From a virus: DNA of 64,000 nt. This document shows, one piece after another, positions 30,730 to 39,809 of this stretch. The stretch spans positions 26,478-90,477 of the IMG/VR virus record IMGVR_UViG_3300030116_004360; one strand, 5' to 3'. The notes under the pieces are model-generated. The model was not told the origin of the DNA. It saw only the letters and a program-made list of their open reading frames with translations, and made no database searches. How positions within the stretch are numbered: the stretch's first letter is position 1; the number at the start of each line of letters is the position of its first letter. The translations under genes were made by a program, and so were the position numbers.

Positions 30730-32298
30730 TTATTGCCCCAAATGAGCCGGTAAAGCCATTTCATTTTCACCACCAATAATTGCTACTTCTGTTGTTAAGA
30801 CCATTAATGCAATTGAAACTGCTGAACGGAAACTACTCTTAGTAACTTTTACAGGGTCAATGATGCCTCGTTCAAGAAGGTTTACGTCGTTTTCAATCTT
30901 AAGCGCATCAAAACCCATACCATGCATATTAGATACATCACTGTAAGTTAAATCTACTCCTGCATTTCTAGCAATTTGGAAATATGGTTCATGGAAAATT
31001 CTACTCATTAAAACATTAAAATCATTTTCTTCCATTTGTGTTGAAGCATCAATTAATGCTTTTCCTCCACCAACAACATATCCTTGTTCTCTAGCGGCTT
31101 GTGTAGCATTTAAAGCATCATCTAACCTTTCTTTCTTTTCTTTTAATTCAATTTCAGTTGGTGCGCCTACTGTAATTCTAGCAATTCCACCACGAAGTTT
31201 AGCAATACGTTTCTTTAATCTACTAGCAAGATATTTATCATCAGTGCTATTAAATTTAACTTCAAGTGCAATCGCTCTATCTGAAACTCTCTTATCAGTT
31301 TCATCATCACTATCTACTGTAATAATAGTTCTATCTTTATTAATGATAGCCTTTGAAGCCATACCTAGAACTAAATCATCATTCTTAGAAATATCTTCAC
31401 CAGAATCTACATCAATAACTTTACCGCCAACAATAGAAGATATATCATTCATCTCATCAATCATAGCATCACCAAAACTAGGTGCTTTAATAATACAACA
31501 ATCAATAGTTTTTCTAAGAATATTAACAATAATATTAGCCAATGCTGAACCTGTAACATCTCGCGCCATAATTAATAGTGGTCGCTTATGAGTATTACAA
31601 TGTTCTAAATATGGAAGAATATCTTGAAAGTTCTTAATATCCTCATTAGTCATTAATATATACGGATTGTCCAAAACACATGAACCATCATCTTGATTAA
31701 TCATAGTATGGCTAACCATACCTCTATCAATCTCATAGCCATTTACAATCTCAATACTAGTTTCATTTGTTGTTCCTTCTTGAACAGAAATAACACATTG
31801 TTCACCTGCTAGAGAAATTACTTCAGAAATTAACCCACCTAACTCTTCATCATTGTTAGATGCAATTGTGGCAATTTGCTCAATTTTTTCTTGATTATCA
31901 ACAGGTTCGGCCATAGTATCGAGAACCGCACAAATAGAATCAGTATATTCTAAAATACTCTTTCTAAACTCTGCTAGATTTTCAATAGTTTCTTGATTAA
32001 AATAATCACATAATGCCTGTGCTAATACACAAGCGGTAGTAGTTCCATCACCTGTATTTGATTGAGCCTCTGATGCAACATTTTGAATCAATTCGATTCC
32101 CATTTGAATAAAAGGGTCATCAGAAGATACAAATTTAGCAATTGTTACACCATCATTAATAACAGTTGGTTTAGGATATGTTTGTAATACAACAGTTTTA
32201 GCCTGTGGACCCAATGTTGGTTTTACTGCATCGGCAACAAGATTAACTCCTGCTAATATCTTTTCTTTCGCTTCATCATTAAATAATACTTTACTCAA
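30730..32298 (-). CDS. groEL: group I chaperonin GroEL
   Basis: VKPTLGP, INDGVTIAK, GDGTTTA, IKAPSFGD, DDALNAT, GGG and GIIDPVKV. Confidence 0.95.
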   Translation of the reverse strand: MSKVLFNDEAKEKILAGVNLVADAVKPTLGPQAKTVVLQTYPKPTVINDGVTIAKFVSSDDPFIQMGIELIQNVASEAQSNTGDGTTTACVLAQALCDYFNQETIENLAEFRKSILEYTDSICAVLDTMAEPVDNQEKIEQIATIASNNDEELGGLISEVISLAGEQCVISVQEGTTNETSIEIVNGYEIDRGMVSHTMINQDDGSCVLDNPYILMTNEDIKNFQDILPYLEHCNTHKRPLLIMARDVTGSALANIIVNILRKTIDCCIIKAPSFGDAMIDEMNDISSIVGGKVIDVDSGEDISKNDDLVLGMASKAIINKDRTIITVDSDDETDKRVSDRAIALEVKFNSTDDKYLASRLKKRIAKLRGGIARITVGAPTEIELKEKKERLDDALNATQAAREQGYVVGGGKALIDASTQMEENDFNVLMSRIFHEPYFQIARNAGVDLTYSDVSNMHGMGFDALKIENDVNLLERGIIDPVKVTKSSFRSAVSIALMVLTTEVAIIGGENEMALPAHLGQ

Positions 32299-32552
32299 AA
32301 TTTCTCCCCCTTTCCTGTTTCAAAATAAATTTGTGAAATATCTATAATCAGATACTTCATATATGGAACTGCTGCTTTATCATTAAAGACAACAAATTTA
32401 CCATCATATTTCCCATCAGGAGAAGATATTACTCTTCCTGTTTGGGAATCTGTTGTAATTAATCCAGAAATGCTTGTTTCATCACGCTTCTCAATAATTA
32501 CCCAATTGTTACAATCTAATACTCTCATTAGAATACCTCCCTTTTTCCACAC
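32295..32552 (-). CDS. groES: GroES-like co-chaperonin
   Basis: NWVIIEK…SISGLIT…GRVIS, immediately upstream of groEL. Confidence 0.65.
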   Translation of the reverse strand: MWKKGGILMRVLDCNNWVIIEKRDETSISGLITTDSQTGRVISSPDGKYDGKFVVFNDKAAVPYMKYLIIDISQIYFETGKGEKF

Positions 32553-32785
32553 GTATCACAACGTAAAACTACCATTGTTTTTCTAGATTTGTTATTTACA
32601 TTTTTTTGTTCTGCAATAACCATTCTACCATTACTACAATCTAAACACTTAACGCCCGTCATTTATAATACTCTCCAATGTTTCTCTTACAACATACCTA
32701 GCAATATGAGGCCCATGACCTCTTTTTAAACCATTAACATATCTTTGTAGTTTATTCAAAACTATTTCTAATTTTTCTGAATCAT

Positions 32786-32980
32786 TCATTCCTCTTCACC
32801 TACCGTAAACTCTAATTCTAATACAGAATATCTATACTCTTCTTCCGCAGCCAACAATTGATGGATTAAAAATGTATGCCTTGAAAGAAGGTTTTCAAAT
32901 TCAGATTCAAATAGTTCTAATTCTTCTTTAGCCTCCTTAACATACTTTTCTGCTCTGTTTACATCCTTTTGAGTAGTCAT
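32786..32980 (-). CDS. small coiled-coil protein
   Basis: 64 aa ORF coupled to the JAB gene. Confidence 0.55.
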   Translation of the reverse strand: MTTQKDVNRAEKYVKEAKEELELFESEFENLLSRHTFLIHQLLAAEEEYRYSVLELEFTVGEEE

Positions 32981-33507
32981 TCTTCTTCACCAACATAAGC
33001 CATTCTTTCTTCATAAAAGATAAAATTTTGTAATGTTTTATCATCTTGCATCCAAAGCATCCTTTGTCTATCACCAAGAACAATTGCAGATTCCATCAAT
33101 AGTTTCCAAGAATTAATAGTCCTTCTATCAGTTCCACTAAAATAAGCAGTTCCAAACGGATGAGTATGAATCCAACATTTAATCGGCAATTTCATTTGTT
33201 TCAATTGTTCTTCTTGATTCTCAAAAGAAACGAATCCCGGAGTCCCATAACTGATAAATAATTTCTCATTAGAATCAATTACTACTTGAACTTCTCTATC
33301 AATATCAAAAGCCTTTAGGCTCATAGCAAAAATTTCATCCAGAAATGCTGATGAAAGATACCCTGCAAATATTTTATATCCATAGTTATCTATTTTCCAT
33401 TCATCATAATCTTCTCCTTTATGATTTTGCCATATTTCAAACAAACTTGTTATTCTTTCTTTCCAATCTTCTATCTTTATTTCACTACCATCTACCATTT
33501 TAATCAC
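32977..33507 (-). CDS. JAB/MPN+ metalloprotease (deubiquitinase-like)
   Basis: REVQV (catalytic Glu) and WIHTHPFGTAYFSGTD, which matches the HxH-x7-S-x2-D JAMM motif. Confidence 0.85.
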   Translation of the reverse strand: MIKMVDGSEIKIEDWKERITSLFEIWQNHKGEDYDEWKIDNYGYKIFAGYLSSAFLDEIFAMSLKAFDIDREVQVVIDSNEKLFISYGTPGFVSFENQEEQLKQMKLPIKCWIHTHPFGTAYFSGTDRRTINSWKLLMESAIVLGDRQRMLWMQDDKTLQNFIFYEERMAYVGEEE

Positions 33508-34062
33508 CTATACATTTATCATTTTAAATTCATTCACTTCTTCATTATTAAACCATCTTTGAATCCATTGTGCGCCCATACCTGCAATTGCTACATGGGT
33601 AAAATGAATCCCTTCTTTTTCTCCATTCCAATCACCTTGGCAGGAAAAAGAACCTTCTGGCCCCTTTAATAAAGTATCAATCTTATTCTTATCAATGTCG
33701 TAACTAACTAACGCCCCATTTCTACCTTGAGAACGTAAATCAAGCCACTTTACATTTGAATTGTAAAGCATTTTACGCACATCTAAATTATCTGCACAAC
33801 AAACTACCAATTCAAATCCTTTTACTTGATTTTCCATCAATACCCGATATGGTTGAGGTTTAACACCTTCACATTTATTAGCCATCACTTCGGCCTTATT
33901 CATATCTAATTGTCCAATATTAAAATTTTGGTATGTTAAATTCTTTCCTTCTACAATATCAGGGTCATACACCGTAATATCGTATAACTTCGTTCTATGC
34001 AATAGTGGTATTAGAAAACTTCCAATTCCACCTGCTCCTATAATCATTATTTTTCTTTTCAT
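33508..34062 (-). CDS. ThiF/E1-like ubiquitin-activating enzyme
   Basis: IIGAGGIGS, YDPDIVEGKNLTYQ, CADNLDVR and a candidate catalytic Cys in GSFSCQ. Confidence 0.9.
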   Translation of the reverse strand: MKRKIMIIGAGGIGSFLIPLLHRTKLYDITVYDPDIVEGKNLTYQNFNIGQLDMNKAEVMANKCEGVKPQPYRVLMENQVKGFELVVCCADNLDVRKMLYNSNVKWLDLRSQGRNGALVSYDIDKNKIDTLLKGPEGSFSCQGDWNGEKEGIHFTHVAIAGMGAQWIQRWFNNEEVNEFKMINV

Positions 34063-34064
34063 TT

Positions 34065-34991
34065 TTATTCCTCCCTATCAAATCTTATTCCATTAACAAA
34101 ATCATCTACTGTTATCATTTGTAATAGTTCTCTCTTTGCTTTACCTTTTACTGTAAAACCTAAATCCCTTAGAAGTTCATTAGTATTATTTCTCGTAGAA
34201 ACTGATGTTGTTTCTGTAACTTCTGCTATTCTTACTAAGGAAAAGTTTCTATGTAATATAGTTCTAGTTACATTCAACACTGTTGCAAAAAATGTTTTAG
34301 TTATTGGTTTTGGTTTAGCATAATAAATGCCTTCGACGTATTTACCAATAATGTGAGCAGTTTTAAGAAACTCAAAATCATTAGGACATAATTTACTAAC
34401 CAATAAATCTATTTCTTGAGGCACATTTTTTTGTGCAATAACATGAGGATTTCTAAAAAATCGTGCTACGATTCTTACCTGCTTAAATAAACTTCTTTCA
34501 CTAATATCTAACTTCTTAGCAGTTTGTTTAATAGTTATTGGTCTTCCTAACTCTTTTAGTGTAAAGAATGTTAAAGCACCTGCTCTAACTTCATAGGGTG
34601 TTCTTTTGAATAACCCAACACTATGCGCCCTTCTACAATATTCTACAAGAGTTTCTTGTGATAAAGGTGTAAAATTTCCATCAGTCATTTCAGTTAAAGC
34701 CATCTTAGAATACTTAATATTTATTTCTAAGGATTGGTGTTTTTTATGGCCGTGAAATTTTTCTGCTCTTTTAAGACGATAACCTATTCCTTCTTTTGCA
34801 TTTATGGGTGCAGAACCTAATTGACCTTTATCAGGAGAATGAATAGTTTCACCCGCCTTATTTAAACTATATGTTGTTTCTTCAAGTATAATTGATTCTG
34901 CTACTAATCCACAAGTATTACAAACAAATGACCCTAATCGGTCATCAAGAGTATATTCTCTTTCTCCACATTCAAGACACGGTTCTCGCAT
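34065..34991 (-). CDS. tfb: transcription factor B (TFB/TFIIB) homolog
   Basis: N-terminal Zn ribbon CLECG…CNTCGLV followed by two cyclin-like helical repeats. Confidence 0.8.
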   Translation of the reverse strand: MREPCLECGEREYTLDDRLGSFVCNTCGLVAESIILEETTYSLNKAGETIHSPDKGQLGSAPINAKEGIGYRLKRAEKFHGHKKHQSLEINIKYSKMALTEMTDGNFTPLSQETLVEYCRRAHSVGLFKRTPYEVRAGALTFFTLKELGRPITIKQTAKKLDISERSLFKQVRIVARFFRNPHVIAQKNVPQEIDLLVSKLCPNDFEFLKTAHIIGKYVEGIYYAKPKPITKTFFATVLNVTRTILHRNFSLVRIAEVTETTSVSTRNNTNELLRDLGFTVKGKAKRELLQMITVDDFVNGIRFDREE

Positions 34992-36192
34992 TAATAAATC
35001 CCTCCAAATTATTCCAATCTAATCTACATTCATTCTGTCCACTAACATGATATTTTTCAATATAGCGTTTAATAGTATTTACCATAGCAACAGTCATTTC
35101 GTCATTTAATAATGCTAATGCTCTAGCACAGAATTGGTCACCAACAGAAGAATGTCTAGTCATATTATCAATACAAATAGGCCCATGAAGGGCTAATTTA
35201 GGTTTTAATCCATGTCCTCCTTCATTGTGCTTAACAATAAATGTTGAAACCATTTGAATATCACTTTTATATTCAGCATCAGAAAGAACCCAATCTGCTA
35301 ATTTACCTCTAACTATCATATATGTTCTTTCTGCCTTTTCAATAATTCTAATTCTATTAGGATTAGAGCGTTGCATGGCTTCCATTAGTTCCTTTGCTCT
35401 TTCTTCAACAATATGTTGAGTTCTATTTTGTTCTAAAAATGCAACCATTAGTTTTTGTTGTGTTTCTGTTGGTTTTTTACCCATTAATTTTACCCATAAC
35501 TTTTTCGGTGAAAGATGTTTCCATGAACCACCTTTCTTTTCTTTCCAATAAAAGTTCATATATACATCTAAATCTTTAATAGAAATTGGAGCCCAAATTC
35601 CATCAGATATTTCAATTGCTAATTGATTTTCACCAACCATTTCTACTCTAAATCTACAATCAACCTTTTCTCGTTCTTTATACCAATGAAAAGGTGCGCG
35701 ATTTTCTAATGCATAAGAAACATTCTCTGGTAAAATTAAGTTTCTTTCTAAGTAATTATATAATTCTATTGAGTCATTAGTAAAACATGACCTATAAATA
35801 GTTCTTGCTAAACTACGTAATAGATTTTCCTTAGATGTAACTTTACCATTAATACCATATCTAGTTCCTTTTTTGTAGAAAAGAATAGGAAGTCCTTCAC
35901 CACTAATAGATGAAGAACCAATAGTAACTACATAATTAAATTCTCTAGGCTTATCAATATCATATGAGTATCTACTTCTTCGCTTTCTAGTATTAAGCAC
36001 ATTATTTAAAAATTCATAAATTGCTTGAATTGTTGGTTCATGTGCCTGTCTAAAATTGCTAGGATTTAAAGTAACACGTTGTTCATAGATTTCATCTGAT
36101 GAACTTTCATTTTTAACTGTAATTCTTGTTTTATATTTAACTTGCGCTCTATCTGTCGCTTCTCTTATATTTATTTCATATGCATATACCAT
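34972..36192 (-). CDS. putative E2/UBC-like domain protein
   Basis: C-terminal LHGPICIDNM resembles the UBC catalytic GxICLD segment; sits next to the E1 and JAB genes. Fold not verified. Confidence 0.45.
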   Translation of the reverse strand: MVYAYEINIREATDRAQVKYKTRITVKNESSSDEIYEQRVTLNPSNFRQAHEPTIQAIYEFLNNVLNTRKRRSRYSYDIDKPREFNYVVTIGSSSISGEGLPILFYKKGTRYGINGKVTSKENLLRSLARTIYRSCFTNDSIELYNYLERNLILPENVSYALENRAPFHWYKEREKVDCRFRVEMVGENQLAIEISDGIWAPISIKDLDVYMNFYWKEKKGGSWKHLSPKKLWVKLMGKKPTETQQKLMVAFLEQNRTQHIVEERAKELMEAMQRSNPNRIRIIEKAERTYMIVRGKLADWVLSDAEYKSDIQMVSTFIVKHNEGGHGLKPKLALHGPICIDNMTRHSSVGDQFCARALALLNDEMTVAMVNTIKRYIEKYHVSGQNECRLDWNNLEGFINARTVS

Positions 36193-36393
36193 TTACATCA
36201 CATAATCCTTATCTTTAAAATTCTTTTTGCACTTATGGTGCATTTCTTGTTTTTGTTCTTCTGGTGTTAATAACTGATGACCACATATTCTACATCTAGT
36301 AGCAATTCTTCTATTATAATTAAATTTACTATCCACATAATCGGGGTCATGTTCGGTCATAATATCACTCTTCTTCATTGTTAATTTCTTCAT
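36193..36393 (-). CDS. small Zn-finger protein
   Basis: CRICG…HHKC. Confidence 0.6.
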   Translation of the reverse strand: MKKLTMKKSDIMTEHDPDYVDSKFNYNRRIATRCRICGHQLLTPEEQKQEMHHKCKKNFKDKDYVM

Positions 36394-36676
36394 ATATACT
36401 ATACTCTCTAATTAATTGATATTTACCATCTAAATATCCATATTTTCTGCGAGTAATAGTTTTGAAATCAGTTTCCATTAGCCCCATCATGATAGCATAC
36501 ATAATTACCATATTAAAGGGTTCTTTTTTTATTGAAGTCCAAGACCATTTTTGTCCTTGTATTGATAATGGTTTTTCACTATTCCATTTTATTCTCATAG
36601 CCTTTATTACTTCACTTTTATAAAAATTCTTTAATATCCAATCTGGATTTGCCTGTCCATCTACTATCTTAACCAT
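36365..36676 (-). CDS. hypothetical protein
   Basis: ORF in the operon. Confidence 0.55.
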   Translation of the reverse strand: MVKIVDGQANPDWILKNFYKSEVIKAMRIKWNSEKPLSIQGQKWSWTSIKKEPFNMVIMYAIMMGLMETDFKTITRRKYGYLDGKYQLIREYSIYEEINNEEE

Positions 36677-36953
36677 CTACATCACCATTATTATTATAAT
36701 ATTCTAACATATTTTCTGTTTCTTTCTTTTTATTTTTCATCCACTGTGGATAACCCATAGCAATAGCATCATCAAGATGCCATAAAGCCTCAGTTATTTC
36801 TGAAACTACCATAAATATTCTATTTTTATCAGAATAATGTAATGTTTCTGCTTTATAAATAGTATTCATAATTTTTATCCAATGTTCAGGTTCAAAATAA
36901 TGCTCCCATTCAAGAACTATTCTTTTACATTCATGAAAATCCTTAAAAATCAT
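36669..36953 (-). CDS. hypothetical protein
   Basis: ATGA-coupled to the RNR gene. Confidence 0.6.
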   Translation of the reverse strand: MIFKDFHECKRIVLEWEHYFEPEHWIKIMNTIYKAETLHYSDKNRIFMVVSEITEALWHLDDAIAMGYPQWMKNKKKETENMLEYYNNNGDVDG

Positions 36954-38806
36954 ATTTCACAAACTCCACCTGCACACGCGGCTTCACCACTTAAATTAGT
37001 ATTATCTTCTAATTCTTTTACAGATGTTAAATCAATAGTTTTTAAGTGGGAAGCCAATTCATTAAATTGTTTCAACCCAATATCTTCAAATGGTGCTTGA
37101 ACATAAGTTCCACCATCATAAGGTAATACAGATAAACCGTTGTAATAATGACGATTCATCCATAACCATTCTCCAACCGGAGTCCATTCATCTTCTTTAA
37201 TAGATATTGTAGCAGATACATTATGCGTATTCATACCATCAACGTGACCTCTTTGAACCCAACGGATTGAATATCTTTTAACACGCTCTAATAGGTCAAA
37301 AACATCCTCTGTTCTAACGATTGACCCCTTTGGTGCGCGTTGAGGTATGCTAATTTTGGCCTCTGTTTCCTTCTTAAAAAAATCATCTTCAACTAATTCA
37401 GGATGATTAGCCTTCAAGTAAGGATAAATCGCTTCACCCTTTCCAACACTAACTCTACGAATATAGTAATCATTATGATAAGCATGAATACCTGAAGAAG
37501 TCCCTAAAACTAGAGATGTTGTTCCAGCAGGTTTAATGCAAGTCATTCTCATAGAAGGATTAATTCCTATTTGTTTAGCAATAGTATCATTTGTTTTCCT
37601 TACTTCATAAGCGGCATTTTCAATATCTAATGTTTCTAGTTTATTAGCAGCAATACCTGTTATTGATACTCCTAATAGAGCATCCTTTTCGGTAGTTTTC
37701 TGCCAAATTTCTCGTAAATAATGAAAATCAGTATAACCTGCTTGAAGAGTTGCTAAAAATGCTCCAGCCTTTACTCGCTCTTCTAAATCATTTTGGTCTT
37801 TAACAGTAGCACCATTTACTTCAACTAAATTACAGAATTGATAAGGTCTTAATGCAATTTCACAACATGGGTTAGTTCCCCAATCTTTATCATTTGAAAA
37901 ATATATTCCGGGTTCTCCAGAACCGCTATATCTTATTCTATTCCATAAATCTTTAAACTTATCTTTAGTAATTCTATGTCGTATAATTACGGCAGAATTA
38001 TTTGCTCGTCCTCTTTGTGGATTTTCTTCCCACCATGAACCACTTTTACAAGAAATCATTTCACTATCATTTAATGAAAATAAACTAATTAATGCCGCAC
38101 GACGAATACCACCTGCTAAAACTGCATCAGCAATATGGCACATAATATCATGAGTTTGAATAGTAGATAATCTTGAACCATCTTCTTTTTCAGAAAGAAT
38201 GGATTCAATTTTAACTAAACATTCTCTTAATGGATTTGGACCCGGAGCGCGACCTCCAGAAGTTTTCAATAATGCTCCTTTAGGTCTAATATCAGAGTAA
38301 TCAAATATAGGTCTAGATGTTCTAATTCCCATATAAGATTCCATTAAACATTTAACTGCATCAGCCCAACCTTCGATGGAATCTCCAATCAAATGTCTCC
38401 TTTGTCTTTCTTTATTTGGTTTCTTTATTTCAGGTAATTGTTCAACATGATGATGCTGAACAGAATAACCTACGCCTGTCCCTCCTAATAACAAAAACAT
38501 TGTTTCTGAAAAAGATTCAATAGAATCTACTGGCAAATACGCACAATTATAAATTCTATTTGGAGCCATTTCAATAGGCTTTCCAGCAAATTGCATTGAA
38601 CGCATTGATGGAAGAACTAACTTTGTTTTAACAAACTTTTCATATAATTGTTTAATTGCATCCTTCATTTCAGGATATTTCTTCATGTGCATTTCACAAT
38701 TACGGTCTGTAATTTCCTCCCAAGTTTCTCTCCTTTCTTCATCAGGTAAATATTTTGCATATTTCATATGGACAATAATATCGCTTAAAATTTGTTTTTC
38801 TTTCAT
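36950..38806 (-). CDS. nrdJ: class II (B12-dependent) ribonucleotide reductase
   Basis: IYNCAY, TNPCCEI, FCNL, IKPAGT and C-terminal CAGGVC; no small subunit gene nearby. Confidence 0.9.
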   Translation of the reverse strand: MKEKQILSDIIVHMKYAKYLPDEERRETWEEITDRNCEMHMKKYPEMKDAIKQLYEKFVKTKLVLPSMRSMQFAGKPIEMAPNRIYNCAYLPVDSIESFSETMFLLLGGTGVGYSVQHHHVEQLPEIKKPNKERQRRHLIGDSIEGWADAVKCLMESYMGIRTSRPIFDYSDIRPKGALLKTSGGRAPGPNPLRECLVKIESILSEKEDGSRLSTIQTHDIMCHIADAVLAGGIRRAALISLFSLNDSEMISCKSGSWWEENPQRGRANNSAVIIRHRITKDKFKDLWNRIRYSGSGEPGIYFSNDKDWGTNPCCEIALRPYQFCNLVEVNGATVKDQNDLEERVKAGAFLATLQAGYTDFHYLREIWQKTTEKDALLGVSITGIAANKLETLDIENAAYEVRKTNDTIAKQIGINPSMRMTCIKPAGTTSLVLGTSSGIHAYHNDYYIRRVSVGKGEAIYPYLKANHPELVEDDFFKKETEAKISIPQRAPKGSIVRTEDVFDLLERVKRYSIRWVQRGHVDGMNTHNVSATISIKEDEWTPVGEWLWMNRHYYNGLSVLPYDGGTYVQAPFEDIGLKQFNELASHLKTIDLTSVKELEDNTNLSGEAACAGGVCEI

Positions 38807-38807
38807 A

Positions 38808-39200
38808 TTAACACTTCACTTGCTTTCTATATGGGAAATCTGATAAGATAGTGCATGAAGTTACCCATTCATTATCTTTAGTTTTACGAATGACCCATTC
38901 TTTTTCAACAAGCCATTTCCAATCAGAAAAAGATTCAAGTATATTTTGACCCTTTTCCTCTATTGCCTTTGATACAGAATTATATTTTTTCCCATCAATA
39001 ATTACTTCTGTATATCCTTCAACTCCAATTATAGCCTTTTTACTAGTGGCTAGAACAAAAGGAGTTTCATAAAAATCCGGTTTTATACAAACCAAATTTT
39101 CTATTACCTTTACTTTATCTGATACAAACCATCCTAATTGGTCTTTTAATATCATATAAAAGGCTTCTTTGCCTATAAAATTGGCTAAATCTGCATTCAC
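38808..39200 (-). CDS. hypothetical protein
   Basis: GTG start after a GGAGGTG RBS. Confidence 0.65.
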   Translation of the reverse strand: MNADLANFIGKEAFYMILKDQLGWFVSDKVKVIENLVCIKPDFYETPFVLATSKKAIIGVEGYTEVIIDGKKYNSVSKAIEEKGQNILESFSDWKWLVEKEWVIRKTKDNEWVTSCTILSDFPYRKQVKC

Positions 39201-39217
39201 TTTTACACCTCCTTATT

Positions 39218-39276
39218 AGGGGATAGAATACTCTAGGCTAATTAAAGGTTGAATATCCTATCCCCCTTTTGGGGAA
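39218..39276 (-). terminator. inverted repeat/hairpin downstream of the Ubl gene
   Basis: GGGGATAG…CTATCCCC inverted repeat plus an overlapping TCCCC-CTTTT-GGGGA hairpin. Confidence 0.45.
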
Positions 39277-39288
39277 TAACAGATTTAT

Positions 39289-39492
39289 TTAGTTACAACC
39301 GCCAACGATTGCCGGTGCTAAATCAACATTTTCCACGCTATCCCAATTAATATGGGTAATTTCTTCGCGTGAAACTAGTTCATTATCAATAAATACCCAA
39401 TGTGTAGGGTGTTCATTAATTTGGTCAATCGCTTCGCTTGCATCTACTATTAGTTCTGTATGTCCTGTTTCATTCATTATTCTTAATTTCAT
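39289..39492 (-). CDS. ubiquitin-like (beta-grasp) protein with C-terminal GG-CN
   Basis: 67 aa: MKLRIMNETGHTELIV…WVFIDNELV…VDLAPAIVGGCN has a ThiS/MoaD/SAMP-like strand pattern with a diglycine and a 2-residue extension. Confidence 0.75.
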   Translation of the reverse strand: MKLRIMNETGHTELIVDASEAIDQINEHPTHWVFIDNELVSREEITHINWDSVENVDLAPAIVGGCN

Positions 39493-39809
39493 TGTGTATC
39501 ACCTGTATCATGTGTCTCATTTGTTCTGTCGCCTGTCGGCATATTTTCTAGTTCTTTGGGGTCTATAAACGTATTCATGCTTTCTATTAGCCTTCCTGAA
39601 AGCACATTAATCGTCTTTTCATAGAACTTAATTAAATTTATATAATTTTGTTCATTTTGTCTCATTTCATCAATCTCTGTTACTAACACCCCAACGTGCT
39701 TCAAATAATTGTTACACTTGAGATTTGATGTTTCTAACTCCTTTTTTACGTTTTTCAATTCTTCTACTATTTCTTTCTTCTTCTTCATTTTATTCACCTC
39801 TTTCTTCAA
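39489..39809 (-). CDS. coiled-coil hypothetical protein
   Basis: ATGA-coupled to the Ubl gene. Confidence 0.6.
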   Translation of the reverse strand: MKKEVNKMKKKKEIVEELKNVKKELETSNLKCNNYLKHVGVLVTEIDEMRQNEQNYINLIKFYEKTINVLSGRLIESMNTFIDPKELENMPTGDRTNETHDTGDTQ

